Below are positions 45,172 to 59,578 of a stretch of 64,000 nt of DNA, in pieces. The stretch is from Raja brachyura (taxonomy: Eukaryota): positions 31,496,001 through 31,560,000 of the forward strand of contig OY740792.1 of assembly GCA_963514005.1 (NCBI GenBank), in the 5' to 3' direction. The position numbers and the translations under genes were made by a program. The notes under the pieces were generated by a model, which did no database searches, was not told the origin of the DNA, and saw only the letters and a program-made list of their open reading frames with translations. Within the stretch, counting starts at the first letter, position 1, and the number at the start of each line of letters is the position of its first letter.

Positions 45172-45929
45172 GCAAGCCCTCCATGGCAGGCTGCTGGAGG
45201 CGTGCCACCCCAAGCAGAGCACAGAGCAGCAGAACAAAGCAGAGCCACTCTCCTCAGATTGATGAAGCTTTTCTGCTTAGTGTCAACAAAGTAGGTGGGT
45301 GGTGACAAAGTGAACACGGTTAAAGAGTGACAAATTCCTGTGAGGCAAACCATCTGTCACCGCAGGGAGAAACATGAAGCAACGATTTCTCATGTTCTCC
45401 AATTCACTGGGAAGGTCAGTGCATCTGCTGATAATTAAATGCATGACACCTTTTTAGACTGGTAAGCTGTAACTGGCAATGCACCAGAAGCATCTGTGCT
45501 GGGGCTTCAATAAGTCAGTTAACAATCAACACTTCGTGGAAGGGGCCGAGCACGCTGGCTTGTTAAAGACACAACGATAGGTGGGAAAGCCAAGTTTTGA
45601 GGAGATTGCAAAGAATTTTCAAAGGCATGTAGATGTATAAAGTGGGCAGGTGTAAATGAAGTGGTATAACATCAGAGGCATGAAGTTGTTCACTTTGGTG
45701 CGATGAACAAAAAATAGAACATAGAGCATTGCTCTTCCAGAGAGTGACTATGGAAAGGACACACAAGAAATGGAGAATGCTGGAATCTTGAGCAAAACAG
45801 AAAGTGCTACGGAATGTTTTTGATGCAAGGCCATCTAGATCCTTGTAGAAGAAATGCAGAAGGTTAGCATGCAAGAACTGCAAGTAACTTGGAGGTCAAA
45901 CAATATTGGCAATACTGGAGACCAGGGCA

Positions 45930-46585
45930 GGTGTACGATTGGCAGCCCCAGCCAACAGTCTGTTTTCTCTTTTATTTTTATTTTTAGTGTGTGTTAAAAG
46001 TTTGTGTAAGTGTTCTCTGGTTTGTTTTATGTGGGGGGGGGGGAAGGGGTCGGGGGCACCTTTTTTTTTCAGTTTTGTACCTTGCCAGAGATGCGATTTT
46101 CAGATCGCATTCTCCGGTCGTTCTGCGGCCTACCATCAATGAAACTGGAGGCCTCCTCGGACTGACCTTGGGCCCCACCACGGGGCGTGGACTTACATCG
46201 GAGTCGATCCCTTGCTTGGGATCACTCCAACCACGGCCTGCGGTCTTTACATCGGGAGCTCGCCGTCTCGGGAGAGGCCGTGGATGTCGGGACGCGCAGG
46301 ACGATCGAACCTCGCATCGGAGCTCACATCCCCCCCGATGCCAGAGCAGATCGCCTCGACACAGAATGCCCGTCGCTGGCTATGGGAGTCATGATCATCC
46401 CGTCAAAGGAGGGCTCGAGGTCATCACAGTGAGGAATGTGGAGGAGTCTCTGTGATGGATGTTTATGTTAAAATGTGTTTTGTGTGTTCCGTTGCTTTTT
46501 ATTTGTATGACTGTCTTGGCAAATGAAATTCATCGTATGTTGCAAAACATACTTGGCTAATAAAGTATTATTGTGATGTGTGATT
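45930..46585 (+). mobile_element. GC-rich non-autonomous retroposon, same family as 29520-30302
   Basis: Shared colinear blocks and tail. Embedded in an old CR1 fragment (~45560-47110). Confidence 0.7.
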
Positions 46586-49500
46586 GCAAAGAGGATGGAG
46601 TATAAAAGCAGTGAAGCAAGTCTTGCCACAACTGCAATTACATGGGACTTTTGGGAGAGCGCACCTATTGTACTGCATGCACTTTTGCTCTCCATATTGA
46701 AGAATGGATATTCTTGCCTTGAAGGCAGTCCAGAGAAGATTCAGAAGTACCTCTAAACTAAACTAAACAAAACTGAAGTAAAGATTAATTCTGGGAATGA
46801 AAAGTTTGATTTATGAAGAAAGGACCAATACATTGGAATTCAGACAAATGTAAGATCATCCTATTAAAACACATAAAACTGTGAGGAGGCTTGAAAGAAT
46901 AAATACTATGATGATACGTCCTCTCATGGGAAAATCCATAATGAAGAAGTGTGATGTTAAAATTAAGGGTTGATGGTATTAGATGAAAATGAGGGAGAAT
47001 TCCTTCTCCCAGGGCAGGGGTTCTTGAAACTTTGGAATTCTCTGCCATGGAAAGATGTGAAGTTGCATCATTGGACATATTCAAGGTTAAGGTACAATGG
47101 GTTATGGCTCATTCCCACACACTGAATTAAGTTATGCTTTTTAATCGTTGCCATGTAAACATCACAAACATCCGAAGGTTCTTCCGCTGTGTTCTGCATC
47201 GTAAACCAGCTTTTCTTTTCGATTTATCCTTTCACGGAAAGCAATTTTTGGGCAGTCAGCCCTTTCAGAAGCAGCTGGGAATGGCTGCCAGTAGAGATGG
47301 TGTAATGCTGCACCACTGAGATTTGCTCCATTGCTTGCGTGGGGCCATACTCGATGCTGAGTACCTGGCGGCTGTGGGAAGCAGGCCGGAAAATGGAGCC
47401 GAGGCCAAGATCAGATCAGCTGTGATCAGCAGGCCCAAGGGCCCTTCCTCCTGCTTCTAATTTGTATGTATTTCAACTGCCCAGCAGTGAGTGCAGATGA
47501 ACCCTGCAAACATTTTACAATCCTAACCGCAGGCAGTAAAATAAAATTATTTCTCCCTTGGAGCAGTGGGTAGGTGAGGAGGCATGGGAAGGCTGTCCTG
47601 TACCTGCAGATGTGCAGCATGTAACAACACAACAATGCAGGGAACAAAACCTTCACCATTTCAGCATTTAGAGTGTGCCTTTGGTGATTCATTTATTCTA
47701 TCCCTTGCAGAATGTCAGCTAAGGTGACCATTCACGCTGCACTTCATTTAAAGCGTTATTTGACATGTGATTTTTTTTTTCTCTGCTGCTGTGTGCAGCT
47801 GGCAACGAGCCCGTTTTAAACTGGGAAATAAACCAGGTACTCAGCACCAAAGCTTGTCCCAAGCGGATAATGGAGTAAATCTCAGTGGCACAGCATTTCA
47901 GCATCTCTGCTGGCAGCCACTCCCGGCTGCTGCAGAAAGGGCTGACTGCCCAAAAATTGTTTCCTCCGAAAGGATAAACTGAAAAGAGAAACGGCGTTGT
48001 GATGCAGAACAGAGGAGCCTTTAGATGTTTCTGATATTTAAGTTTTGCTGCAGCAGCTGCCTTAAGAAAAAAACGCAACTAGTCTATTTTAAATTATTAA
48101 AGGAAACTTGTGAGCTTCAGTATGTGACCACAGGGATATGCCATCATATTCCAGGCAACAGGCCAAATGTCAAAATCAACACAGAAACTCTGGAGCACAT
48201 TCATTAACTGCTCTGAATGTTATTGCACATTTACAGCAGAAAGGCCAGAAATGCACAAGCAGAACTTTTTCAATCTAACGGTTCAAACCAGGGTAGCAGC
48301 AAATTAACTATTTGCAATGACAAATTCATTAGCGGTGAGAATGGTAAAGTAATTTGCTGCTTTGGATTGATTAAATAATCCATTTATCCTGAGGCAAGAC
48401 AGAGGCACATAATAATTTTGGTTCTGAATAAAATTAATGCATTGTGAATAACCTGCCAATAGTCAAATACTAAGGAATAAACAAGAAAGTGTTTAGTAAA
48501 ATACAGGAAGCGGTTTCTGTACAGCTAAAGTCCTTCACCCAAACCAGGCAGTAGCACACTGGGATGATGTAGTGATCACTGTGTCTATTCTAATTGATCA
48601 ATAATGACTTCCATAGTAATCATCAATAGAAGAAAGACAAATGACAAGATAATTGTGAGTATTAAGGAAGGAATATATTGTGGATACTGTATTTGATTCA
48701 TGTACACCACACTGATATATCAACTCCTTAATATCTTAATTTACAAACTGACTTCTTTCCTTCACCAGATAAGGATAACTAATGTTAATGAATAGCTGCC
48801 ATTTCGTAAGTGCACTGAAGTCTGCCCGGACTCCAAATCTGCACGAACATATTTGATTTAAACCAAGTTTAGCAGAGCATTTTGCAATAAAGGTACAGTC
48901 AGGTCCCAAAGGAATTTCTAATGAAAAGAACATAAAAACTGTAAACAAGCATTGAAGGGAAGTGCATGAACTGTAACACAAGAGGATTCAGTTAAACGGG
49001 GGAGAGTCGAAACCATTAAAGTGCCAGACTACATGGCTGCTCAAAAAGGAAGGTTCAACAAGGTGGCAGGAGGAATACATTCTTACTGCGCTAATGATTG
49101 AGAATTCAGGAGCAATAATTCATAAACTAGTGTTTAAATCCCACTGTAACGCTGTGTGCATTTGAAATCGTTCAATCAGGTACCAGAAGGATCCAGCGGC
49201 TTTGCTAATGATCGTAAGGGGAAGAAACCTGGCCTCTATTCTTGGTCGAGCCTAAATGCATGCAATGTAATGCAGTGTGGGTCGGCATACCTTGCTTCCC
49301 TGTCTCCTTTCCATCCTAATGTTTCCTTGACTACCTAAGTAGAAGGACATCCAAAGAAACCAGAAACTGAGATTTATGCCAGGCAGTATCAATACTTTCC
49401 AATAGGACAATGCTTTCCAATAGCCCAATGTCAACACCCCCCCCCCCCCCCCCACCCAGAGCATTGATCAGGATTGCAGTGCTCCAGTTCAAGGCCATAA

Positions 49501-50089
49501 GTTGCCAGAACAAGGCCATAAGAAGGCAAAGGGCCTCTACAGGACTGTCAGAACAGCGAACATCACTCTCCTTTCAGGGAGGACAGTTTTCAGCTGTGCT
49601 GCATCTACTGAGTGCCCAAAGATGAGGATTAAAACACCTTCAGCAACTCAATCTTCCCTCAAGGTTGTCTGCAGAAAATTGTAGTGTTAATTTAAATTGC
49701 AATTGCTCAGACATTGAAGATATCAATGCTTGTGTACAGCAAAAACTACACAAGATCCAAGGCATTATGTGATGAGTGTTAAGTAACTATTGCACCACAA
49801 AAGTGTGAAGCAGTGACAATCACCAACACGAGAGGGTATTATTATCAGCCTTTGACATTCAATAGAATTAAACCAACCCAGTCCACTACCATCAATATCC
49901 TGCAGTCAGCGGTGGCCAGGAATTAAACTGGGTCAGGCATATACAGTATTTGCTGAAGGGCAAAGAACCTGTCAGAGTGTATATTCTGCAAAAGCTGCTC
50001 AGGCAGTGGCTTTCCTCCACCACCTTCAAGCATAAGCAAAGGATTCAATTGTCCCTGGGAAGACAAGTCCAAAAACACTCAAGACCTTT

Positions 50090-50950
50090 GGTTTAGTTTA
50101 GTTTATTATTGTCACTTCTACTGAAGCACAGTGAAATGCTTTTTGTTGCGTGCTATCCAGTCAAAGAAAATACTATACATGATTACAATCAAGATTTCCA
50201 CAGTGTACAATTAAAGGATAAAGGGTACAACATTTAGTGCAAGATAAAATCTCATAAAGTTCGATCAAAGTTATGTCAAAGTTCTCCTTTGAGGTGGATG
50301 GGAGGTCAGGACTGCCCTCTAGGTGGTGAGAGGACAGTACAGTTGCCTGATAACAGCTGGAAAGAAACTGTCCCTGAAGCTGGAGATATGCATTTTCACA
50401 CTTCTGTACCTCTTGCCTGATAGGAGAAGGGAGAAGCAGGTGTCCTCGATTAGGCTGGTGGCCTTGCCGAGGCATCGTGAAAATTGGGTAGAGTTAATGG
50501 AAGGGAAGTTGATTTGCGTGATAGTCTGGGCTGCATCCACAATACCCTGCCATTTCTTGCAGCCTTGGATGGAGCTGTTCCCAAACAATGCTACTGTGCA
50601 TCCTGATAAAATGCTTTCTATGGCACGTCCGTAGAAGTTGGTGAGAGTTGTTGGGGACATGCCAAACATCCTAAGGAAGTAAAGGCATTGGTGTGCTTTC
50701 TTGGCCATATGGCTGGTCAAGGTCAAATTGCTGGTAATATTTATTCCTAAGAACTTGAAGCCTTTCACCATCTCTACTTCAGTGCCATCAAAGTAGACTG
50801 CTTCGCTTCATGAAGGCAGTCACAGTCTCCTTTGTCTTCTGACATTGAGGGGAGGTTGTTGTCCTGCCATCAGGCTTCAAGATTCTCAATCTCCTTCCTG
50901 TACTCTGTCTCATCATTAGTTGATATCCAGTGGTGTCGTCTGCATATTTG
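50090..50950 (-). mobile_element. Rex1/Babar-like LINE 3' fragment
   Basis: FKFLGINIT...KKAHQCLYFLR...LTNFYGRAIESIL...SGKRYRS...FRDSFFPAVIR, with a (TAAAC)n tail. Confidence 0.8.
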
Positions 50951-50957
50951 TAAACTG

Positions 50958-51222
50958 AGTAGGAAGAACTGCAGATGCTGGTTTAAACCGAATATAGACA
51001 CAAAAAGCTGGAGTGACTCAGCGGGACAGGCAGCATCTCAGGAGAGAACGTGTGATCCTTACCAGAGTCCAGGTAGACAAGGAGCCATTTGTTGAAGGCC
51101 TGGATCTGGCATAGAATTAAGTTAAATGGAGTAAAGAAGGGTCTTGACCTGAAACATCACCCATTCCTTCTCTCCAGAGATGCTGCCTGTCCTGCTGAGT
51201 TACTTCAGCTTTTTGTGTCTAT
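50958..51222. mobile_element. Palindromic Penelope-derived short element nested in the Rex1-like LINE
   Basis: ATAGACACAAAAAGCTG...GGCAGCATCTC vs GAGATGCTGCC...CAGCTTTTTGTGTCTAT. Confidence 0.78.
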
Positions 51223-52064
51223 ACTTGTTAACTGAGTTGGATTGGTATTTGGCTACACAGTCGTGAGTGTAAAAGGAGTATAGAAGGGGGCTGATAGTGC
51301 GGGGCAAGAGCACTGAGGATTATTGTAGATGATCTGGCACCTATCCTCACTGATGGTGGCCTGTTGGAGGATAAAACACACTGGCAGCCCATCCCTCTGA
51401 CTTAAGCATTCCCTTTCAAGAACACATGGCAATGTGCCTACAATGTGTAATAATTACAGGACTATTTTGGCAGCTCCCCCTAAATCTATAAGCCTCCTCT
51501 CAAGTCTATAAACCGCCTCCCAGAAAGAGAAACACATGGAACACCATCTGCAGCCGTGCTGCCTCCAAATCTCACACCATTTGCACTTGGAAATACATTC
51601 CCAATTGTTGGTCAAATTTCTGAAACTTCCTACCATATTGTAATGCCTTTACTGGAAGCCCCAGAGTATTTTTTAAGAAAACCATGACCACCACCTTCCC
51701 AAGGGCTGGACTTCTCAAACCTGAGAATAAATATCTCAAAACGATCTCAATGGTATTGTCATTGTAGGTTTGCTAAATATGGGAAATAAGTCTTTGATTT
51801 GAAAAGTGCCCAGCAGGACAGGTTGGAGTGGATGACACTGGACCAGCCCTGCAATTTACAGTTGTCCCATGTGGGAGCCCCATGGTGGCCCAAAAGCTCT
51901 GCTTCTGTACCTGTGAACAGGTCCTGTGAGGATTAGCCCTGAATGCCCTAACGACCTTGTGCGATCAAAGACCTTTCATTATCTCCAAATATTTCTGAAG
52001 ATTACAGATCCTCTACCACCCTGTCCCCACTGTACTACACCTCGCTCCAATGTGAAAGGTTCCT

Positions 52065-52700
52065 GGGGAAACCATGGAAAATTTGAACAAATTACCCGAC
52101 CTTGGTAGGCACCTCTCAGCAAAGGCAGGCATCAGCAATGGAATTCATCATCACCTGCAATGCACCAGCACAGCATTTGGTCTATTGACAAAAAGAGCAT
52201 TTGAAGATCAAGATGTCAAACCAGGCACTAAACTCACTGTTTATCAGTCAGTAATGATCCATGTTCTCCCCTCCCATATGTTCCTGAGACATGAACTACC
52301 TAAGCAGGCAATGGAAAAATAACAACACAATTTCCTCAAAATACAATGGAATGAAGAGGAAATCAACTTCAGGATCTTTTCCCAGTCCAACATCCTCATC
52401 ATTGGGATCATATTTACATTCAGTTAGATCTGTTGTACAGGCCATGTTGTATATATTTGAAATAGCAGATTCCCGAAGCAACATGCTCCATTTCCAGCTC
52501 TGATATAGTAAGAGATCACCAGAAGGACAAAGGGAAAGATTTAAGAATGTGTTCAGAGGTTCATTGAAGAAAAAGCAACATTCGCACTGACTCATGGGAA
52601 TCTCTGGCTTTGGACAACTCATAGTTGGGAAGGGGCTGTAGTCTGGATATTGAGAACCACTTGCTGCACATCAGGTGCACCCCCCATAAGTGGTGGAAGG
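52065..52700 (+). mobile_element. Degenerate RTE-clade LINE fragment
   Basis: LGRHLSAKAGI...HHLQCTSTAFG...KPGTKLTVYQSV resembles an RTE RT C-terminus. GGACAAAGGGAAAGATTTAAG follows downstream. Confidence 0.6.
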
Positions 52701-53879
52701 AGAGCACCATCTCACTAAAGAACCCATCACCCAATCCACCAACTCCTGCCCTATCTCATTTAGTTTAGTTAATTGTCACGTGTGCAGATGTACAGTGAAA
52801 AGCTATCTTTGGAAAAGTCTGGGATTGGGACTTGAAAATGGTGTCAAATCAGACAACTCGGTATTCTGTCTCAGTGTAGTACTTCTATACACTTGTCCTG
52901 TATCTGAGATGCTTATCTAAGATGCATCTAAGTTGTTGTGCATATTGATACTTGTAATGAACTGTATAAAAAACTAATTTCACTATAGCTCGGTACATAT
53001 GATGAATAAAGTACCATTGTACCATTGTAGTCTGTTGTTCCCAAGTTAGACTTATCAGCCACCTCGGATTCCACAGAGCCAGAGGGGAAGCAAGTCATCC
53101 TCAATCCCAGGGGACTGCCTAAGAATACAATGCTGTCTAATATTGAATATCTGAGTTTACAGGGCCATTACTGGAGGTAATCCCAGTCAGCCTTAATCAT
53201 AATGCAGTTGCCAACAATCAGCAGGTCACATGCAATGAACACCATGGCAGACCAGACTGTGATACTTTCCTATGTCTGGTGCTCTAAACATTGGAGGGAA
53301 AATTGTCCTTTGCCACTAGAATGGTGAGAGGTTGCTCAGGAATTGAGGCTTGAAATCTCTGCCCTGTGAGCACATTAAATAATATTTTGACCAAGCAAAG
53401 ATGCTCGTGTGCTTCTTAAGTATTCATTGCACTTAAATTATTTAAATGAAGCAGATTACAATTCACTATTCACTTTGGGAAGCTTAATTAAGTTCTGAGT
53501 TTGAATTTTACTTTCAAAGATAAGATATGTTGTAGGAACCAGCCACATTGCCAGAGTGCTAATTGCTGAATAACCCATATGTTGAAACCACTTTTAACCA
53601 TTGATTAACGTGCCAGCTTTCTCCTGGACATGAGGCTCTTTTTTTTTCTCACTCACTGAGCCAAGGTGAAGCAGAGATTTGGAATGAGGGGGGCCCGTTC
53701 GCTCCTGATGGCGAGCAAGAACATGGTAATTGGGTGGGAGGTGTTCTCAATGTTGTACATGACGCGATGGAGTCCGACAACCTGCTCCTGAATTGTAGCA
53801 GGTGACCCGAATGGACGGTGTCTATCAGGTCAAGATATAAGGGGCTCCAGAGAAAGGGGGGAGAAACATACACAGCATA

Positions 53880-54670
53880 ACCCTCATTTCACATGGCCAC
53901 CTTTGTGTGTGACTGTTTAAACGGTGCATAGAACCAGACTACACAAACACCAGGTCACCACGAGCTGAGGTACAACCTGTCCTCGGTGTCATGAAGGAAG
54001 TGCCTGGCCTTGTAGTCATGTAATGTTCCATCCAGTTGGATGTTGCCACATTCATTATCTGCCCTTCATAGGAACATTTCTGCAGAAAAAAACACCCCTG
54101 GCCACGTCTATCAGATAGTGGCTGGCACAAAAGGCCCTGGAGGCTGAGCTGGAAACGATGGATCCCGTGGAATGGTTTCTCAAGCAGAGTGCCTCAGTAC
54201 CAAGACTCACAAATAAACATCAGGATCTGGCAGTGAAAGCGTCCATCTCTGCCCAACCAGAATCTTATTTCCAACACACACTGTCCTTGAGACAGTGGTG
54301 ATGTGATTGAGATGACCATCCAACTCTTTTTTGACTGCTCATATGTCAAGAAGGTTCTCAAAAAGGATGCAATGTCCTTATTGAGGATTGCCATGAGCAG
54401 TTCAAAAATACTGGACTAGCTGTTCCCGGGGACATACACTGAGATTATATTAATTGCAGCGGGAAGTTCATCAATTTGGTCTAAGCAACACTTTGGTCTC
54501 TGTGAAGCCTGCAGAACATCCTGGGTGAGAAGATGTCCACAAGCAAATACTGTGGACTGGCACATTCCAACATTCCAAGTATGCATTGAAGCTCGATGCA
54601 GTTGCCACAAAGTTTGGATGCAATAATTAAGGAGAAGATACGAGTGGCATTGACACATTGTAAGAGAATG
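53880..54670 (+). mobile_element. Degenerate Tx1/L1-like LINE ORF2 C-terminal fragment
   Basis: Remnant zinc-knuckle-like coding (CP...E..QLFFDC), TGTTCCC and CTTTGGTCT blocks. Heavily disrupted. Confidence 0.4.
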
Positions 54671-54896
54671 CATTAAAATAGTAAGATTAAACGAGAACTT
54701 ACCTGTTTGAAGTTTGATCCTTATTTTATGTGGAGTTACGATGAGGGATTTCGTGAAGATCCCGCCAGCACGCATGCGCGACATTCTTCAAAGCAGCGGT
54801 GTGAAATCACAGATAGTAGAATTGACTGGAGATAGTAAGATTAAGAGAAACTAATATACCATTTGACCTTATGATAGAGGGTTGGGAGGGTTGGGC

Positions 54897-55805
54897 CTAT
54901 CCCAGATAGTCCATAATGACAGAAGGTGTTAACTTAGATTTGTTTGGATGGATGACGAACCCCAGCTTTTGGAACAGTGACTTGGTGGCTGTCACAGCTA
55001 ATTTAGCCAATGCCAAAGTTTTCCCCACAATCAGGATGTCATCAAGATAGGCCATGACTATGTGGTTTTGTCTTCGTAGATACGCCAATGCTGGTTTCAA
55101 TATTTTGGTAAATAACCTGGGGGCTGTTGTTAGTCCATTAGGCAGTGCTCTATACTGCCACAACTGCCCCATCCAGACAAATTTCAAATATCTGCGGTGA
55201 TCTTTACGTATAGGTACTGAATAGTATGCATCTTTTAGATCGATGCAGGCCATGAAGTACCCTCTGGAAATCAGTTGTTTGGCAATTTCAAATGTTTCCA
55301 TCTTGAAGTGGGTATATTGCACAAAGGTATTCAGTTGAGTTAAATTAATAATAATACGACATCCACCATCTTTTTTGGTTTTGGTAAAGATGTTAGATAC
55401 AAACGCAAGAGGTTCATGTACGGTTTTCTCTATTACTCCCTTGGTATATAATCTGAATAGTTCTGCATGTCATTCCACTTTCTTGTTTTGAGAAAGCACA
55501 CTTTTTCGGCTAGGTACATGTTGAACTGGGGGGAGTTTGTTAATAAATTCAATTTCATAACCTTGAATACTGCGCAATATAGAGAGGTCAGAAGTTATGG
55601 AACTCCATGCATCCCCAAACAGGCGCAACCTACCTCCCACTTGTGAGGTTAGACATGCAGAATTCCCAAGGGAACCAGACCCACTTACCTCCATGGTTAC
55701 CAGTGGGGCTTGGTCTTCCATCCTTGGTTCTTGTGATGTGGTGGCGCTGTGGTGTGGGGTTGACGCATTTTCCAAGCGGGTCACTCTGGGCCTTGGCCTA
55801 AAAAA
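54897..55805 (-). pseudogene. Truncated DIRS reverse transcriptase (copy C)
   Basis: VGGRLRLF, HFKMETF, IDLKDAYY, LPNGL and YLDD. In-frame TGA at 55470. Ends at DYLG. Confidence 0.93.
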
Positions 55806-57472
55806 GGCCTCTGTGGATGAGGCGCGACCTTTGGGTTTGCACCCGTCACCCTATCGGGGTGAAAGCGAGGCCTGTTGGGTGTTGTGTAGGGATGCTGCCG
55901 TCAATACGCTGGTGGCCTGCTAGAGGAAGGTGGTTTTATTATGCCAACCGCTTTGGCTTCCTCATCTAGGTCCTTGACCTGTTTGGGCAGGTCATCCCCA
56001 AACAGCAAGCTCGGTGATGGCGTAGCGCTGGCTTTACACAACCCCGCAAATTTGGGGTTGAGCGTGGGACAGATAGAGCTATTCCTGAAGCAATTGATCT
56101 CATATTGAGCGTTGCAGAACAGAGCTAACTCATCCTGCTGCTCTTTCAATGGACCTAGCAAATGCAGTAATCCCTGAGGTCAGTAGTTCCAGAATATTCT
56201 GAATTTTCTATTCTTGTGCCCTTACCCAAGTGCTGATGTTGCCCCAAATGGGAGTGTTGACGGTGGACACATTTAGCAACACGCAATTCTCCGGGGCCAG
56301 GTACTTGGCTGTGGTCTCGGATATTACCTGTTCCTGTAGTTGGTGAGTAGTCAGGTAATTGATGCTTGCCGCTAGCCGTGGCTGAAGTGGTTGCCCTTTC
56401 TGGGACGGATGTGCAAATTTGGACACCATCCCCAGAAGTTCCTCTTCCTACATCCCATGCAACTTTGGATCTTCGGTCAACCCCTCCTCAAAGTCAGCCA
56501 ATCCCTGACTTCTGGCACTCCCCTCCGAGGAGGGAGAGATGTTGGACAGTCCTGGAAAAGGAGCTGTCGTGGACCTGTGTGATCCACGGGACGCATGCTC
56601 CTGCTGGAGTAGGTCCCTCTGGAGCAGCTGCTCCATCATCCGTTCCATGCGGGTAATGCGATCGCCGTCGCTGCCTGCGAACGGCAGGTCGTCTTCTCCA
56701 GACTCGGCTGAGTCAATGAGGCTATGACCGCCAGTCCGCATCCCGTCAGGGTGGAGTCTCCCAGACTGTTGCGGTAGAAAGTCAGTGCCTGCCGCTCCAG
56801 CAGGGCTACGCGACTCCCACGCAGATCTGCCGCCTGTCCGCGGTCTTCCAGACTGAAGCGGTGGAGAGTCGGTGCCTGCCGTTCCTCCGGGGCTACACGA
56901 CTTCCTTGTAGATCTACCGCCAGTCCGCGGTCTTCCGGACTGCGGCGGTGAGGAGTCGGTGCGTGCTGCTCCAGGGGGCTACATGACATCCACACAGGCC
57001 TGCCGCCAATCCGTGGTCTTCCGGACTGACGGTGCCTGCCATAAAGACGGGGTTACTCGACTTCCGTGCGGTTTTACCGCCAGTCCGCAGTCTCCGGACT
57101 GTCGCGGTGGAGAGTCAGGGCCTGCCGTATGTACGGGGCTGCCCGATTTCGGTACTTTTTTGCCGCCAGTCCGCGGTCGTCCGGACTGAAGCGGTGGAGA
57201 GTCGGGGCTGCCATAGGAACGGGGCTTCCCGACTCCCGCACGGTCCTACCACCAGTCCGCAGTTTTCTGGACTGTTGCGATGGAGAGTTGGGGCCTGCCA
57301 ACTAAGCGGGGTTCCCCGACTTCCGCGCTGTCTTCCCGGTCTGAGGTACGGGTGCTGCCGAAAACTCAACGGCCAGCTCTGGGGATTTTGGCCGCTGAAC
57401 TCGCTCCAAAGTCCCGTGGTCATCCATGGCGTGTTTGGAAGCAGCCCTCTTTTTGTTTCGCGTTTTGTCCAT
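55697..57472 (-). pseudogene. Disrupted DIRS gag (copy C) with ~87-bp repeats at ~56760-57330
   Basis: RITRMERMMEQLL, VNTPIWGNIS, LNPKFAGLCK and LFGDDL in shifting frames. Confidence 0.85.
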
Positions 57473-58929
57473 CGCGAAGTCTCTGTAAAAGATTTAACTA
57501 ATACAGAGCAACAACCAGCTCAAGGTTAGTAAAACTTACCTGATGGCCCTTTTTTAAAGCTGCCAGCAGAGGAGCTGCGCCTCTCCCAGCGAGCGACGAT
57601 ATGTCGCGCATGCGTGCTGGCGGGGTCTTCACAAAGTCACTCACATGACTCCGAAGTAAAATGATGTTATAATCAACAGAGAAGGTTGTGCACCAATTGT
57701 ATTTACCATATATATTATGAATAAGGATACTTTTGAAACAAAAGCAAAGCCCTAAGATCCAGGACTGCATACTGTGGACCAGGCTGTAGCCTGGTGCAAC
57801 CATTGCAAAGGCTTTGTGGGGAAAGACCATAATTTAAGGTCTCCTGCATTGCAACTAAGTGGCTGAAAACTGTGTCAACGTCAATGAACTATTTGCTTGA
57901 GGGTGGTACATAAATAATAACTGATGATCAGATAACAGCAATATAGGTCCTGTGCTGAAAATGTTGATTTAACTATTAACTATTCTTTCTTATCTACACA
58001 TGAACTTTTATGTATAACATGTTTTGTGAAATAAAAAAGGTACTCAACAGCTTGGCCTGGAACTTGATTTAACTATTTGATAATTATTGTTTATATGAAG
58101 CAATTCTGGTGAAGATATAATTATCAGGTTCAAGTAGAAGTCCGTGTGTAGTTTTACAATATAATAAAAATGAGTTACATATTCCAGAGCTAATAAACAT
58201 AAATTACATTTATTTGGTAACCAATAAACATTTAAAGGCTTTATTGCTGAGGCAGTTTATATAATCTGTAAAATGTCCTTCCTGCCCACATAAATAGATT
58301 TGTACATCATGAATTTGCTTTTCCAGAGATGTCAAATTCATTATCAAATATCTTAATTAGTTTTTAATAACGATGGAAAATTCAAACAGGAGGATTCATG
58401 AAAAAAATGTAACTTTGTAATTGCTATCATCAGTCTCTGTGAACCATGTTAATTAAGCAATATTTTCAATAGCCATGTGGTCGTAGCAATTATTGCAGAA
58501 AGGGGGTGGATAGCATATTTATTGTTTTCAGCCAGATACATCAGCTCACATTTTCTTATATTAAATTTCACCTGAAATGTCTTGCTAGGTTCTGCAGTAT
58601 TTGACCCTTTACATCAGAATTCCGAAAAATAAATTAAAACAGCAATGATCCTCAAACAGACCATTGCAAGGTACTGCTGTGCGTGGTACATCAGCCTTGG
58701 GCCTCAGCTACGTATTTGCTTGTTAGAAACAACGTTTATGGGCAATTAATGTCACCCCTGGGAATTCTATGTTGATGTCCCATTAGATATTGATTTTTAA
58801 CCTAAGATCACCAGGGTTCCTGTTTAAAATGCTGATTGGTTAATATCATTGGGCCCCAAGGGTTGATTTAACCAGATGTCGTCCAGTAGATCTCTGTATG
58901 TTTCCCATTGGACCAATGTAGTTGAAAGA

Positions 58930-59578
58930 GCGGGACTGAGCGTAGACTCGATGAACGTTTGCCGAACACTTTGACCTGGTCCACCAAGGCTTACTGGATC
59001 TCTCAGTTGCTGAGCACTTTAACTCCCCTTCCCATTCCCCTACTGAACTTCCTGTCCTGGGCCCCCTCCATTGCCAGAGTGAGGCCGCACAAAAAAATGG
59101 AGTAACAGCACCTATCATTCTGCTTGGGCAGCTTACAAACGAACAGTATTGAATTCTCAAATTTAAAGGAACCTCTCACAACCCACTGCCCTCTTCCTGT
59201 ACTCCCTCCCCCCCCCCCCCCCCCCCCCCGATTTTTCTCCCTCCATCTTCTGTGCCCCTCCTAGACTTGCATGTATTTCTACCCTCCCCTTCACCTCTGT
59301 TCCTTGCTCTGGCTTCACAATTCACAACTCCTTAATCCCCTTATCTCACACAATTTTTCAAAATCACTGACCTTTGTCCAACTATCTGGCTATCACAAAA
59401 TACCCTTGCCTGTGTTCACCCATTCCCTGTTATGCTTTGTCCTGTCCCTCCTCTCTCCCCCAGCACCCCACCTCCCTACAATGAGTCTGAAGAAAGGCCC
59501 TGACCCGGAACTTCATCTATCTATGTTCTCCAGGGATGCTGCCTGGATTACTCCAACATTTTGTGCCTTTTTGTGTCA
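58930..59578 (+). mobile_element. Degenerate Penelope 3' end (GIY-YIG remnant plus pseudo-LTR)
   Basis: Reverse-complement similarity to 8233-8830 (GTTGCTGAGCACTTTAACTCCCC). GTCTGAAGAAAGGCCCTGACCCGGAA at ~59485. Confidence 0.75.

Larger units (their letters stand above)
54677..57662 (-). mobile_element. DIRS1-type copy C, internally deleted (lacks ICR, YR, RNase H and MT)
   Basis: Both termini are present with matching ITRs (GTGAAGA(T/C)CCCGCCAGCACGCATGCGCGACAT). The sequence jumps at ~54896 from the 3' region into RT. Confidence 0.93.
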
